Below are positions 49,676 through 61,476 of a stretch of DNA of 64,000 nucleotides, piece by piece. Each line of letters begins with the position of its first letter. Position 1 is the first letter of the stretch. Below the pieces are notes generated by a model. That model was not told where the DNA came from, did not search any database, and saw only the letters and a list, made by a program, of their open reading frames with translations. The DNA is from Antedon mediterranea (lineage: Eukaryota; Animalia; Echinodermata), in contig NC_092676.1 of assembly GCF_964355755.1 (NCBI RefSeq), forward strand, positions 17,626,871-17,690,870, given 5' to 3'. A program made the position numbers and the translations under genes.

Positions 49676-51192
49676 ACTAATACACAACCAGTCACTGGTG
49701 TTGTGGGTCAAGTTAAGAGTGTCTGTATTCCTATATACAGGCGAACCTGGATTTAGGTAATGTAGTACTACATCTATAGCGAACTAATCCTAACACCACT
49801 GCAACTGGATATCATTGTGTGCTGCTGTGGCTGAAACACAATATCTAGTTTGTGGATACGATAAGAAGAAGATGGTTGTCGTTATGGAGATGTTGTCATG
49901 CACTCTATGTTTAAAAATTTAATATTTTGGAGGCAATAGAGAATTCCATGATGTGAATGCACATAATACAGTAGACACCTGCCGGACCCAACAATTTTTT
50001 TTTTTTTTAAGACGTTATAAATGAATACAATTCTTTGGTCTCTGTGGTTTTTGTACTAATAGTTGAATTAACATTTTGCACACTGAAATGTGTCCCTGTC
50101 GAATAATTTTTTTGCTATTAGGTTGAGGCAGAATCTATAGAAGGCGTGCATTCACGCATGAATATTTTTGGATGTGACGGGAAAAAAAACGCGGTTATCG
50201 AAATGTTGATCTTTCGTCGCGCTGGAACTGATAATGCAAAAAAACCTTTAAAAAATAAAAATGTTACAAATATTGCTTATGTTTGTGAAATATTAATTTT
50301 TTTGACATCTAACAATGTGCATATTAAATTAATTAATTAAAAACCACAAACCTGTAGAATTTCCAAGAACTGTTGTTATACCTTCCTTTAATTGTGGTCC
50401 ACATTCAATGTTTTTTTTTTTTGTACTTTTTAAAACGATTTGGTACACATGGTAATTAATATTTAGTGGTGCGCAATCATGACAATTATTCATGTGTTTA
50501 TAATTATTTAATTTAATATTTGGTTTTTAATTTGTAATCACAAGCTCAACTTCAGGCAATATCATTCTCCAATTTCAAGTGTGTGTGTGTGTGTGCTACA
50601 TGGTAGGTCCTAGCTGATATATGATGCTTAGTTGAAATTAATGTGATCCAAGATCCTATGTTTGATGTTAATAGATTCATATATGCAGATGTAGATTTTC
50701 AGTTCAATTAAAGTTTAAAAAAATATACAACAATCTCACCAATTAAATTAAATATATAGTAAATGTAGGCCTAGCATATAGTGCAATTATATTATATACA
50801 GGTTTATATGGCTAGCCTACCTTTAAATATATAATATAAAATGGGCCTAGCTAGGCCCTAAGAAGCCATTCTACTTTATAAATAAACTTTGTTGGTCCTA
50901 GCTATAGGCCTACTACTACTAGGATAGACCTACTTACTCCTCAGTCATAGAGTAGTTAAAATAAGCCAAATAATTAATTACTAAATTGATGAAATATGCA
51001 TGCCCTCTATAATTTGTGCCTTATTAACCTAATGAAAAAAAAAACAATGCATCCCTTTCTACTTTATGAGCAGGGGTTAGCCATAATGTTAAAATATATA
51101 TTTCCCCTCGTTTTACTGGAAAGTGTCCTAAAAGAGGGGGTCTACTCTATACTGATATGATCATCCAGGATATAATTTATATTTGTATTTAG

Positions 51193-51306
51193 GTCCGGGT
51201 AGTGATCAATGGTGGTATGTTGACCTTGCGACACCAACAGCTATTGCAAAAGTTGTAATTTTTAACAGAGATCATGATTGTTGTGGGAGTGATTGTCCTG
51301 GTTGTG
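51193..51306 (+). CDS. F-type lectin domain 2, exon b
   Basis: GPGSDQWWYVDLATPTAIAKVVIFNRDHDCCGSDCPGC, 114 nt, phase 1-1. Confidence 0.9.
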
Positions 51307-51448
51307 GTAAGCACTTACATTAAAACAGTTTAAGGTATATTGTACTACTAAAATGATATATATGACAAAAACACTTCCTGAAAAAAAACATAGATTTTAT
51401 ATTAGTAAATTATATTGAAAACACAGTATGTGTCTCATTTCTATTTAG

Positions 51449-51658
51449 AAAGCAGATTGATAGGAGCTAAAGTTCGTATTGGTAACGACGATCATTTGCC
51501 TTTTGATGGAAATACACAATGTGGAAATACTGTCTCGTCGTCTATGGTGGCATCAAATCCTATAGAATTCATTTGTAATGAAATTGTAATTGGTCAATAT
51601 GTAAGCGTTTATCAGGAACAGGATTCCGTCACTCTTTGTGAAGTGAAAATCTACAGAG
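51449..51658 (+). CDS. F-type lectin domain 2, exon c
   Basis: ESRLIGAKVRIGND..VTLCEVKIYR, 210 nt, highly similar to 44848..45057. Confidence 0.92.
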
Positions 51659-52102
51659 GTAAGACCAACAAACAGCAAGCAATTATAGGAAAAATCAATA
51701 CAGTACAGATTATGTTGAACTATATCTAGATACAATTTATCTTTAGTAATCATTTATTTGCTTTGTACCCTTTTTATTGTACTAGTAGTTTAAAATGTGC
51801 TAGTTTAATGGTCAAGTTAAACTGGACGACAGCGCGAATGTCACAGCTGAATCGTCACACATCCATCATAACACATAGTTTTATAAATTCACTAGCTTAA
51901 TACTCAGCAGCATATACCAATTCAATAGTACCTGCAAAAAAAAACCAATTTCACAAACAGAAGTGCTATGGTAATTTCTCCATGATATTTTACTTGAAAT
52001 CTTTGTAGATAGATCCAGATTGTGTCATTTTCATAAATTAATATGGTGAATGTGGGTATGTAGATAATTAACTTTCAGAATATTTTCTATACTATTGTCT
52101 AG

Positions 52103-52174
52103 CACAAAGCACTGCTTCAGAACCAACAATACCAATACCTACAACGATGGCACAATCCACTGATTTTCCAATTG
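52103..52174 (+). CDS. Thr/Pro linker exon (AQSTASEPTIPIPTTMAQSTDFPI)
   Basis: 72 nt, phase 1-1, canonical splice sites. Confidence 0.8.
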
Positions 52175-53576
52175 GTAAGCTGTTTCTATTTTCAAGTTTC
52201 TTCCTTATATGTTCAGTTTTTTTGTTTTGCAATTATTTGTTGTGTTTTATCTGTTTATTGTGAGGATACCCTTGTCAGCATTTATGCTGTTTAAGGTCAT
52301 CTTCTATGAAAAAAAATTAAAGTAATACAAATCAGACACCAATCTTTTTTACTTTTGTCTAAAAATAGTACTTCTATTTCTTCAAATTATGTTCTTCCAA
52401 CAATTATCAGAGACAAGTCAATTGAGCAGTCAGTGTGAAACTGTTTATTTTGAACACTTTTTCTAATATCGAGTTCAACTCCTTAAAACTGATTTGAAGA
52501 GGTATATGTTGTATATGTTAACAGGATGGTTTCATACCTGTATAGGAACACTTCAGTTTTCATATTCCTATGTCAAATATCAAGCTGACCACAACAGTGG
52601 ACAGTTTCACCATAGGGATATGCCTTACGCCAAAACAGAAGACATCTTCGATGAAACATTATTGACCTATTACAGACCACCTATGCACTGCCTTAGTCCT
52701 GGCGGACCCTGCTAAAGGATCGACTAGAGACCCCACCCTTTACCCAAGTAGTCTACATATATATTGCAGATACTACAAGCAACCATAAGATCTCGCACAT
52801 TGTAGGAATACCAAAATGGCATATTACAGACCATCGATGCCCTGCTTTGGTCCTAACAAATCCCGCTAAAGCTTGACTAGAGATCCCTGGGCCCAAGTAG
52901 CCTACCTTAGATACAGTATTGCATATACAGTACCACCAGCTACCAATGTTATTATCTAGCACATATAAAGAATATATAATGCATATTATAGTACATTTAC
53001 TATAATGCAGTGCGGTTTCTACTATACCTAATTTTTTTGTTACTTGTATACTGTTTCCTATTTAAAAATAAAAAAGTAAAATAAAAATAAAATTTTTCTA
53101 ATACTGCACAATGCAGCTTTCTCATTTGCTGATAGTTTGTTTGTCATGGTGCATTGTTGCTGTCGCAACCCCTTGACCGATTGTGCTCACATTTTATTTA
53201 ATTTCATTTATTTATTCATCACTTGGATTGAAACAGACACCACACCAGAAAAACATTCAGATCTACTACACAATACGGATGGATAAAAGAAAGGGAGCAT
53301 TTATATGTCTGACTGGTTTCCAGAATAGTCATTCAAACAACCTTTTTAATGATGTATCTGTGACCGAAAACAATAAAGATGATACAGGTTATGGGTGGAG
53401 CAATGACTAGGGACAGTAAACTTGAAATGTAAAATAGCTAACCACATTTAATCATGTAAATTTACAGAATAATTCATATTTCTCTCATATACCGATGTTA
53501 TGCTTTTCATCGTTTTAATATAGATTTATTTTAACAAAACTATTATTTTTAACATTGAATAAATTCATCTGGTTCC

Positions 53577-53676
53577 AAATAATATTTTTGTGGATTTTTA
53601 CTTTTATGTTGAACCAAAACAACGTTTTCGTTGTTTTGGTTCAACATAAAAGTAAAAATCCACAAAAATATTATTT
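53577..53676. repeat. Perfect palindrome: 48-bp arms with a 4-nt loop
   Basis: aaataatatttttgtggatttttacttttatgttgaaccaaaacaacg, tttt, then the exact reverse complement. Confidence 0.95.
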
Positions 53677-53986
53677 TTAAGTTATTTCCCTAAAAAAAGT
53701 TTTTTCAGTAAATACAGTATGTTTAAATGTGAGATAGTGGATTCCAACCTCATTATATGTTTATAAACATTGGAATTGTTTCCCTTCATTCATTTGATAA
53801 GTCTAAATAGATTAATGCACTTCTTATTGGGGGGGGGGGGTCTAGAGTGCCTATTGCAGTGGATAAAATGTCTGTTGTTTGTCAATTTGGTATGAGGATG
53901 TCAATGGACATCTCAGGGTGGTGAAATTAGGTGGTATTTTTTAGGCACCTTTCGTGCTTACTTATAACACTGATATTTTTTTTCAG

Positions 53987-56900
53987 TATGTACTTTTTAC
54001 TATCAGTCATCACAGTATACTGCTTTTAGAGTTGAATATTATGAAGGAATAAATGTGACCATAGCAAAAGATGAATGTGGATTTTCAAATGGAAAACTTG
54101 CTAGTCTCACAACAGTTGAAGAAGTTGAATTTGTATTTCAATATCTTGACAATAACTGTCCAAATAATCAGCCTAGTGGTGATAAATACTTAATTGGGTT
54201 ATCTCGTGAAGCTGGATTATCAAAGTTGGATGACCATAACTGGAAGTGGGAAACAGGAGAAGCTTTAGATTCATCTGTAACAGCATGGGGTTCTAATCAA
54301 CCTGGTAAAAGCAATACTGGTACTGGTACTGGTTCAAATAACCGTCTCACAGAGACATCTGGTAGCCATTGACTTGAAGTTGGCATTTGGATGTGTTACT
54401 TTTAAATGTAGGCCTACAGTATGAGAGTGACTACTACCAAATTACACAGTCACAAAACAACTTATAAAACAGTTCATATATACAGTTAAAACATTGCTGG
54501 GAATTATAAATTTCTGTTGAAGCAGGCTCTAATGAAGTTGCATCTAGTAAGTTGACTTTGTTGTACAACTCTATCAAGTACTGATGGTATCTTCCGACCT
54601 CTTCGTTTACTTTGTGTTGTGTGAAAAGTAAGAATTTTTGTAGGATCTTCATTTTCTTTTCTAATTACATGTCCGATCCAGTTGAATTGTTGCTTGTAGA
54701 CATATTCTTCTAGCGGTTGACAGCCAGTAATTTTGTAGAGATCGTCATTATCAATTACGTAACGCCAGTCTATATAGTTTTCATCTGTTTCTTCATCTGA
54801 GGATATGTCTACATGGTTTGGTGGGCAGACTCTTTGAAAGCCATTCACTAGCATTCTTCTTAGGAAGGTTTTGTATGTTGTGCTAAGTTTGGACATTTCA
54901 CTTCCTGTTGCCCTCCAAGCATGGCAACCATAGGTGAGTCTACTCCTAACTAGACCATTAAGAAACATCATTCTTGTTTGTAGGTGGATCGTTCTGTTGG
55001 TAAGCAATGCCCTATTCTCTGCAAATGCTCCTTTGGCTGAATTGATTCTGTATTTTACTTCTTGATCTCCAATATGAACATCATTGTAGGTAGCCCATAC
55101 ACCAAGGTATCTAAAGTGTGTTACGTTGTTAATGTGTACGCCGCCAATTTGTATGATGCATCTTGGGTATTCTTCAACTTCCTCTTTCCAGTTCCATATA
55201 ATGGTTTCTGTTTTGGGGGCACTAATTCTTAGACCAAATTCCAGACAAACTTTATTCAAGATGTTCACAATGGTTTGCAGTTCTTCTTGTGACCAGGAGC
55301 TTACAGCAAAGTCGTCAGCATAGCCACTTTCAAAGTCGTCATAGATGCCCCTTGATGGTGCTTTACATCTTTGAGCACGATTTGTAGCTTCAATAGGAAT
55401 TAGGTATTGTATCATTAGGCTATCCAAACTAGCATCTTTACAGCGTTGTTTGAACACTCTAATAACGTAATCAAAATATTGGTTAAACATGCTGGTACTC
55501 TCAATACCACCCTGTCGCACCCCAGAAAATGTTTCGAACTTATCATCACTTGGATCGTCTTCAGCAGGGTATGCTTTCGTTGAGCTGTACAGTGATTGTA
55601 TAATATCAATCATAGTAGTAGACTGGTTTAAGTGAAACCTATTACGAACGCTTAGGAAAAGAAGATTACGATTCACATGGTCGAATGCTGCTGTTAAATC
55701 AATGAAGCATGTATAGAGTTTGCGATTTGAGCGATACGCAATTTCCTAGATCTGCTTGATTACATATATAGCATCATTGCAACCTCTGTTGGACCTGAAT
55801 CCAAACTGTGTGCGTAGAAGTTGACTTTCATAAAAGATGGAAAAACGTGAAAGAATGATAACCATAAGTATCTTTGAAAATGTAGACCCAATCGATATTC
55901 CTCTATACATTGATGGATCAAGTGGACTGCCTTTTTTTTTCCAAATGGTTGTTAATTTGGACAGTCCCCAATCACTTGGTACTTCTTTCGTTCTCCAAAT
56001 TTCCTCAAACAGTCTATGTACATGGTCGACGAATACTGGGTTCTCTGTGGCAACTTGCAACATTTCAGAAGCGACATCTAGGGTAGCTTTGCGACCTTTT
56101 AGATGTCCGATTGCATCAATAATTTCTTTCTTGGACGGAGGTTCATTGTCTATCTCAAATTCTGGTTGTCTCAGGTTGATAATATATTCTGGAGGTGTGC
56201 TAATTTCATCTGGGATTTTAAGGCTAGATCGGTCTGGATTAAAGTGATCTTAAAGGGGTTCACGTAATCCAGGACATTTTATAGGCTTTGGTGCTTTTCT
56301 TATAACATCACCGTGCTCCTTAGCTTTTCTCCATAAATCAAATATTTTTCTATTTTGGTGGGCTTCATTTAACTTGCTTGCTTCTTCATACAAATATTCA
56401 TTCCGTAGTTCCTTCACCCTTATCTTAATTGCTTTCTGCATAGCCTTGATCTCCTCTTCTTTGTAGGTAACTGTGCTTTTGTTAATATTCTTTCTTTCTT
56501 TTATAAGCTGTTGTAGTCTTTCATCACCATCCCAGGGATGAGCATTTTGGTTTCTTGTTTTCTTCGGGACTTCTTCAACTGCCTTATTTAGCACTGTCAT
56601 AAGTGTTGTATAGCGCTCAGTTGATGTAGTGTTTGTTGTCTTTTCAGGGGAAGTAATTTTATTAATTTCTTCTTCTATCTTTGTTTTAACATTATTTCTT
56701 ACTTCTCGATCTTTACGTTTACTCATGTTGGCTCTCTTGCTCTGTTTTTTCTTTTTATGCTTCTTCCACCTGGCTGCTTTGTTGGCTGGTGTTGTCATAT
56801 TACTCACAAGGATTCTATGATCCGACGAAAGATAATAGTTGTTATAGACTCTTGTGTCAGTAACATACTTCCTCAACCAGTGATCACATATGTTGTAATC

Positions 56901-58257
56901 TAGTATTTTCTTTGTAACACCATCGTTGCTATGCCAAGTGATCCGATGAACGTTTGGATGGTCAAACCAGGTGTTCAGTATGCATAGCTTGAAGTCAGAG
57001 CAGTAGTTGATGAGTCTTGTGCCATTGTCGTTACTAATGTCATCTGTGTCTTGAAATCTGGTTTCCATCAAAGAGTGATTTTCTGGTTGTTATTGTTGAT
57101 GTTGCATTAAAGTCTCCCATCAGTAAGAGTTTTGTGTTGTTCTCGACTCTTGTTACTTTGGAGCGTTTTGCATAGAAAATATCCTTTGATGATTCTGAAC
57201 CGGATTCCGTAGGAGAGTACGCAGACACAATTCTTAATTTACAATTTTTTATTGTGACGTCTATTGCCATTAGACGTTCATAAACATAATAAACATTAGA
57301 CACTTTGATATGGGGTGACTGTTTGATGGCAATAGCAACCCCATACATCTTTTTGATTTTCAGTCCAGTCCAGTATACATTGTAGCCCTCATGTGAGATT
57401 GCACCGGTACCAATCCGTCTCACTTCCTGCATACACACGATGTCAAGGTTTGCTGCTTTAATTTGAATGAGGGTTTCATGTAGTAAGAAGTCATCTGAGC
57501 AGGTATTAACATTAATCTGTCCTGCTCGCCAATGAAAATATTTTGCAGGCTTTTGTTTCCTAACTGCTTCTTGTACTTTCTTGTTTATGTTAGAAAGGTT
57601 TTTAGAATCTATATCTTTATTACTCTTTGTGTGAAATTTTGACTTGCGTCCACCACGGGTACCTCTATAATGGAAAATTCCCAAGTCTTTCAAAACACTT
57701 CCAACCGCAGTAGTAATTTTTCCAGCATATTGTCTCAGGTTAAGTAGCTTTGAGTAGCTATAGTTATAGGTCAACATAGTTTACTCGTAGCAATGGTAGA
57801 TTATAATAATAATATCACACATACACCGACTCTAGGCCCTGTAAACAAATCTTCTATGCTATGTATGCTGTCCCAAAGTTCTAAGGCAACAATAGGCTTT
57901 GCTTCACTGAACACTGCTAAGACAATAGCATGCACACAGCTAGATAGGGCCTAGCTATAAGCTATAAAAAAATCTTTTCTAAATCCAGTTTAGCTGATAA
58001 AAATAAGAAAAAAGAATATACAATACAATAGTTGTAAGTGCTGATAACAATATTGGTAGTAAAATCACTCTCAAAATGTGTACTTAAAACCCAAAAAGCA
58101 AGATTTTAAAAGCAGAATGGGAGTAACACTGTCAAGCGCCTCTGGCAACCATATCATGTTGTTGCTCGATTAAGTCTAACAGATAGACAAATATATGACA
58201 AAAAATTTGATAAAATTATATTTGATCGAGGTTCAATAGGTTTTCTATGTGAATATG
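53987..58257 (+). pseudogene. C-type lectin domain exon 3, interrupted by a LINE (halves about 53987-54315 and 58153-58257)
   Basis: Left half CTFYY..AKDECGFSNGKLASL..WGSNQPGKSN; right half YHVVARLSLTDRQIYDKKFDKIIFDRGSIGFLCEY|gtaagt. Both halves are open and both splice sites are intact. Confidence 0.88.
54316..58152 (-). mobile_element. Near full-length RTE-like non-LTR retrotransposon (APE endonuclease plus reverse transcriptase), inactivated
   Basis: ORFs 57040..57777 (NV, DIVCMQEVR, GDFNA), 56250..57071 (SDH), 55746..56063 (YRGIS, QFGFR) and 54504..55676 (GVRQG, YADD, FRYLG) form one ORF broken by a frameshift near 57060 and stops at 56250 and 55746. (CCAGTA)n 3' tail. Confidence 0.93.
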
Positions 58258-59612
58258 GTAAGTCAAGTATAAACTGCATACTTTGTATTTTTGTATAATT
58301 ATTACAGTTAGTGTATGAACAAGCTAAAGTATTATACAAATGTTCCTATCATGTACAGAATAAAGAAAAGGTAGTTTTATTTATTAAATGAGATAAACAT
58401 TTATTTTTATTAAATCAATATTAAACGGGAATCTGTGGTTAACATTTTAGCTTAACAGTGCTTTTTACAAAACAGAAGATCTGATCATAATAATAATGAT
58501 AACAAAAGCAATCAGAGATTGCAACCCCCGCCAGGAATAAAAAGAGAGTCCTGATCTGGATTGTACCCTACACAGTGTGTGCGGATATATGTGCAATGCT
58601 TAAATATAACCTCATAGGTGGAGGTAAAAATTATGTGTTTTACAGTTAAGATGACTGCTAGTTACAATTTTGCCTAGGTGGAGGTAATAATTAAGGTACT
58701 ACTATGAGGAAGAAAATTTACAATCTATACAGTAGTTCACTTTATTGTTAATCATACAAAAATGCTTCATGCTGATTACATTTTTTTTTTAAACATTTGC
58801 TGAAAAAGTTTAATTATTACCTAAACTTTAAATGAAATATTCCCAATTTTTTAGACCGTTCAGATATGAAAACCACATATGACTATTATTTTAGTGACGA
58901 GTTCAAATATAGTTTTTATGTGGTTTTATAGGTACGTTCTATGATTGGTCAATATTGACATTTGACCCCTTTAATCACAAGTAATTGAATAGACACCTAT
59001 AATTCAATAATGTGTTATATCATATACATAATACATTGTTGTAATTCGTCAAATTTTAATTTTGATCCCTTATATCTCGAAAAATATCCTGATCTGTTAC
59101 CTTCCAGATTCGTAATCTACGAAAAATTCTGGTCTAGAAAAATTGGTCAATATTGACATTTGACCCCTTTAATCACAAGTAATTGAATAGACACCTATAA
59201 TGTAATCTACGAAAAATTCTGGACTAGAAAAGTTGGATGGCAATTTGTCCCCTTTCGGGTGGTAATATTCCCCTTTCGGGTGGTAATATTCCCCTTCCTG
59301 CCACCGGACTAAATTGTTTTCTTGGCAGAAAAACACAAACAAAACAATACACACATAATATTTACATTCATGATCAACATGTAATTACAACTGATCAAGC
59401 AATATAAAATACAAAAGTCCTAATGACCTATCAACTCATTCATAATTTTCAATAGATATATATTAAAACACACAATAAATATCACCACTTATGTCCAATT
59501 ATCTTATAGGACATTTTTCTATAGATAAATCGTTGTTACCCAAATTGGGTCTCACACCCACTTTAACTAATAATATATATGTTAATTTTATTATACTGTA
59601 TCTTTATTACAG

Positions 59613-59630
59613 ATAGCACTATACTTCAAG
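59613..59630 (+). CDS. 18-nt micro-exon (DSTILQ)
   Basis: tctttattacag|...caag|gtaagt, phase 1-1, paralog of 39073. Confidence 0.7.
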
Positions 59631-60193
59631 GTAAGTCTAAAATGATTAAAGTATTCATTATTAATGTTTTAAATTTATGTGTGTACAGTATTTGTGTTTA
59701 TTTTTTATCGATATTGCTGTACTATCAAATTAATTTAACAAAATATATATCTTTATGGCAAACCAAACTTACATCCTTAATTTGTCATTTAAATATTTTC
59801 GTGTGAGAAAAAAACTTTATTATCCCAGTGAAGAAACTCTGTTGGCCTTATCAACTGTACATACATATGATAAATAAGAAATATAAAATTATCATGCAAT
59901 GATAAGAAGACCGGTATTTCAAAAGTAAAATATGACAATGTATGTAAACTGAATCCGGCACTGCAGAAGATGAATTAATATTTTGTTGCATCATGGGAAT
60001 TAAAAAACTATTAACAATAATACATAGTCAGAGTGTTGCCGAACTCTGGTGTTTCAAATAATTTATCAAATATTTTATAAAACACATCTTCATATAAAAT
60101 ACAGGGTTGTATGGCCTGTTGAAACAGAGGTGATTAATGCAAGGGCATTTTGAGAATTTCCTTCAATTGCATGTACATTTTATTTCATTACAG

Positions 60194-60316
60194 AGGTAGA
60201 AATAACAGAATCTGTTGAAGCTCATCAGAGTTCTACACATGCTGCCCATGTTGCCAACAAAGCAATTGATGGTAATTTATCTGGGGATTTCTTTGATAAC
60301 TCTTGTACACACACCG
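60194..60316 (+). CDS. F-type lectin domain 3, exon a
   Basis: EVEITESVEAHQSSTHAAHVANKAIDGNLSGDFFDNSCTHT, 123 nt, phase 1-1. Confidence 0.9.
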
Positions 60317-60713
60317 GTAAGTGAAACAAAACATACGTCATTTCGATCTTAATTGGACTTTCTTTTTTTGTGAGATATGGTACAGTAGATTGTATATTCT
60401 TGATGAAACCTTTCATTTCTTTGTTTCAATCCAACAGCAACAAAATACAATACATAATAAAACCATAATTCCTACAGGTATGACATTATTTCATCGAAAG
60501 AAAAGAAAGAAAAAGAAGTAATATATTTCACATATCATCTCATATCTCTATACTAAATTAACTGAATGTCACATGACAGGAGTCATTCCTCCAGTACTGG
60601 CTATTTATTGCAACCAGTCAAAATAATAATTAATTTACTCAATTTTGTTAAAAAATATTAAGTAAATATACTTCACATTCACTTTTAATTGTTACTTTAT
60701 TTTGATTCTTTAG

Positions 60714-60803
60714 AGGAAACGTCCAGTTCTTGGTGGTATGTGGATCTCAGACTACAAGTACCAATTGCCAAGATTGTTATTTTCAACAGAGATGATTGTT
60801 GTG
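60714..60803 (+). CDS. F-type lectin domain 3, exon b
   Basis: EETSSSWWYVDLRLQVPIAKIVIFNRDDCC, 90 nt, phase 1-1. Confidence 0.9.
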
Positions 60804-61263
60804 GTAAGGATGGAAGAGTTTTATCTTCATAATAATAGGATAGTGGCCATATGGTTTATGATTATATCAATTTTAGGATTAGGAGTTATTTTTACAAAAC
60901 TAATATCCCTAAATAATTATTATTATTTGATTTTAAAAGTGTGATAATAACAATTACTATGTAACCTGTTGACTGTTTTTAATGTTGATACTTTTATTTC
61001 ACTCAAAACAAAGATAGTGCACAGTTTATGTCAAATTTTAGCAAAATGTAAGGTTATAAATATAGTCTGGGAATATTGTACGCATTTTAAAAAGTTTATC
61101 ATGTATACTGTAAACTACTATAGCTTTCTTAAAATAACACGCTTTTTTTCTTATACAAGATCCTAAGTTAATTCTGGAATTTATTACAGCCTTAAGTTAT
61201 TGATTTTTTTTAAAGGTATCTGTATATGAGTGTAGGAAACCATTGTTTATGATTTTGTTTTAG

Positions 61264-61476
61264 AGTATAGATTGGTTGATGCTGAAGTTCGTGTTGGAAA
61301 TAGCAACGTGTCGCCTTTTACTGAAAATACACAGTGTGGTTCTACAATTACATCAGCTATGACAGAATTAAATCCAATTGAATTGATTTGTGACCAAGCA
61401 ATAACTGGACGATATGTAATTGTGTACCTACCTGGACCTGAAGCACTCACTATCTGTGAGGTAATATCTTACACAG
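61264..61476 (+). CDS. F-type lectin domain 3, exon c; gene continues downstream
   Basis: EYRLVDAEVRVGNS..NTQCG..ITGRYVIV..LTICEVISYT|gtaagt, 213 nt, phase 1-1. Confidence 0.92.

Noticed and set aside
55126-56820. Plus-strand ORFs within the LINE
   Set aside because: Antisense shadows of the retrotransposon ORF.
54504-57777. Retron, diversity-generating retroelement or group II intron RT acting on the lectin repeats
   Set aside because: APE endonuclease plus RT with a tandem-repeat tail is a standard LINE. No template/variable repeat pair with adenine-specific differences was seen.
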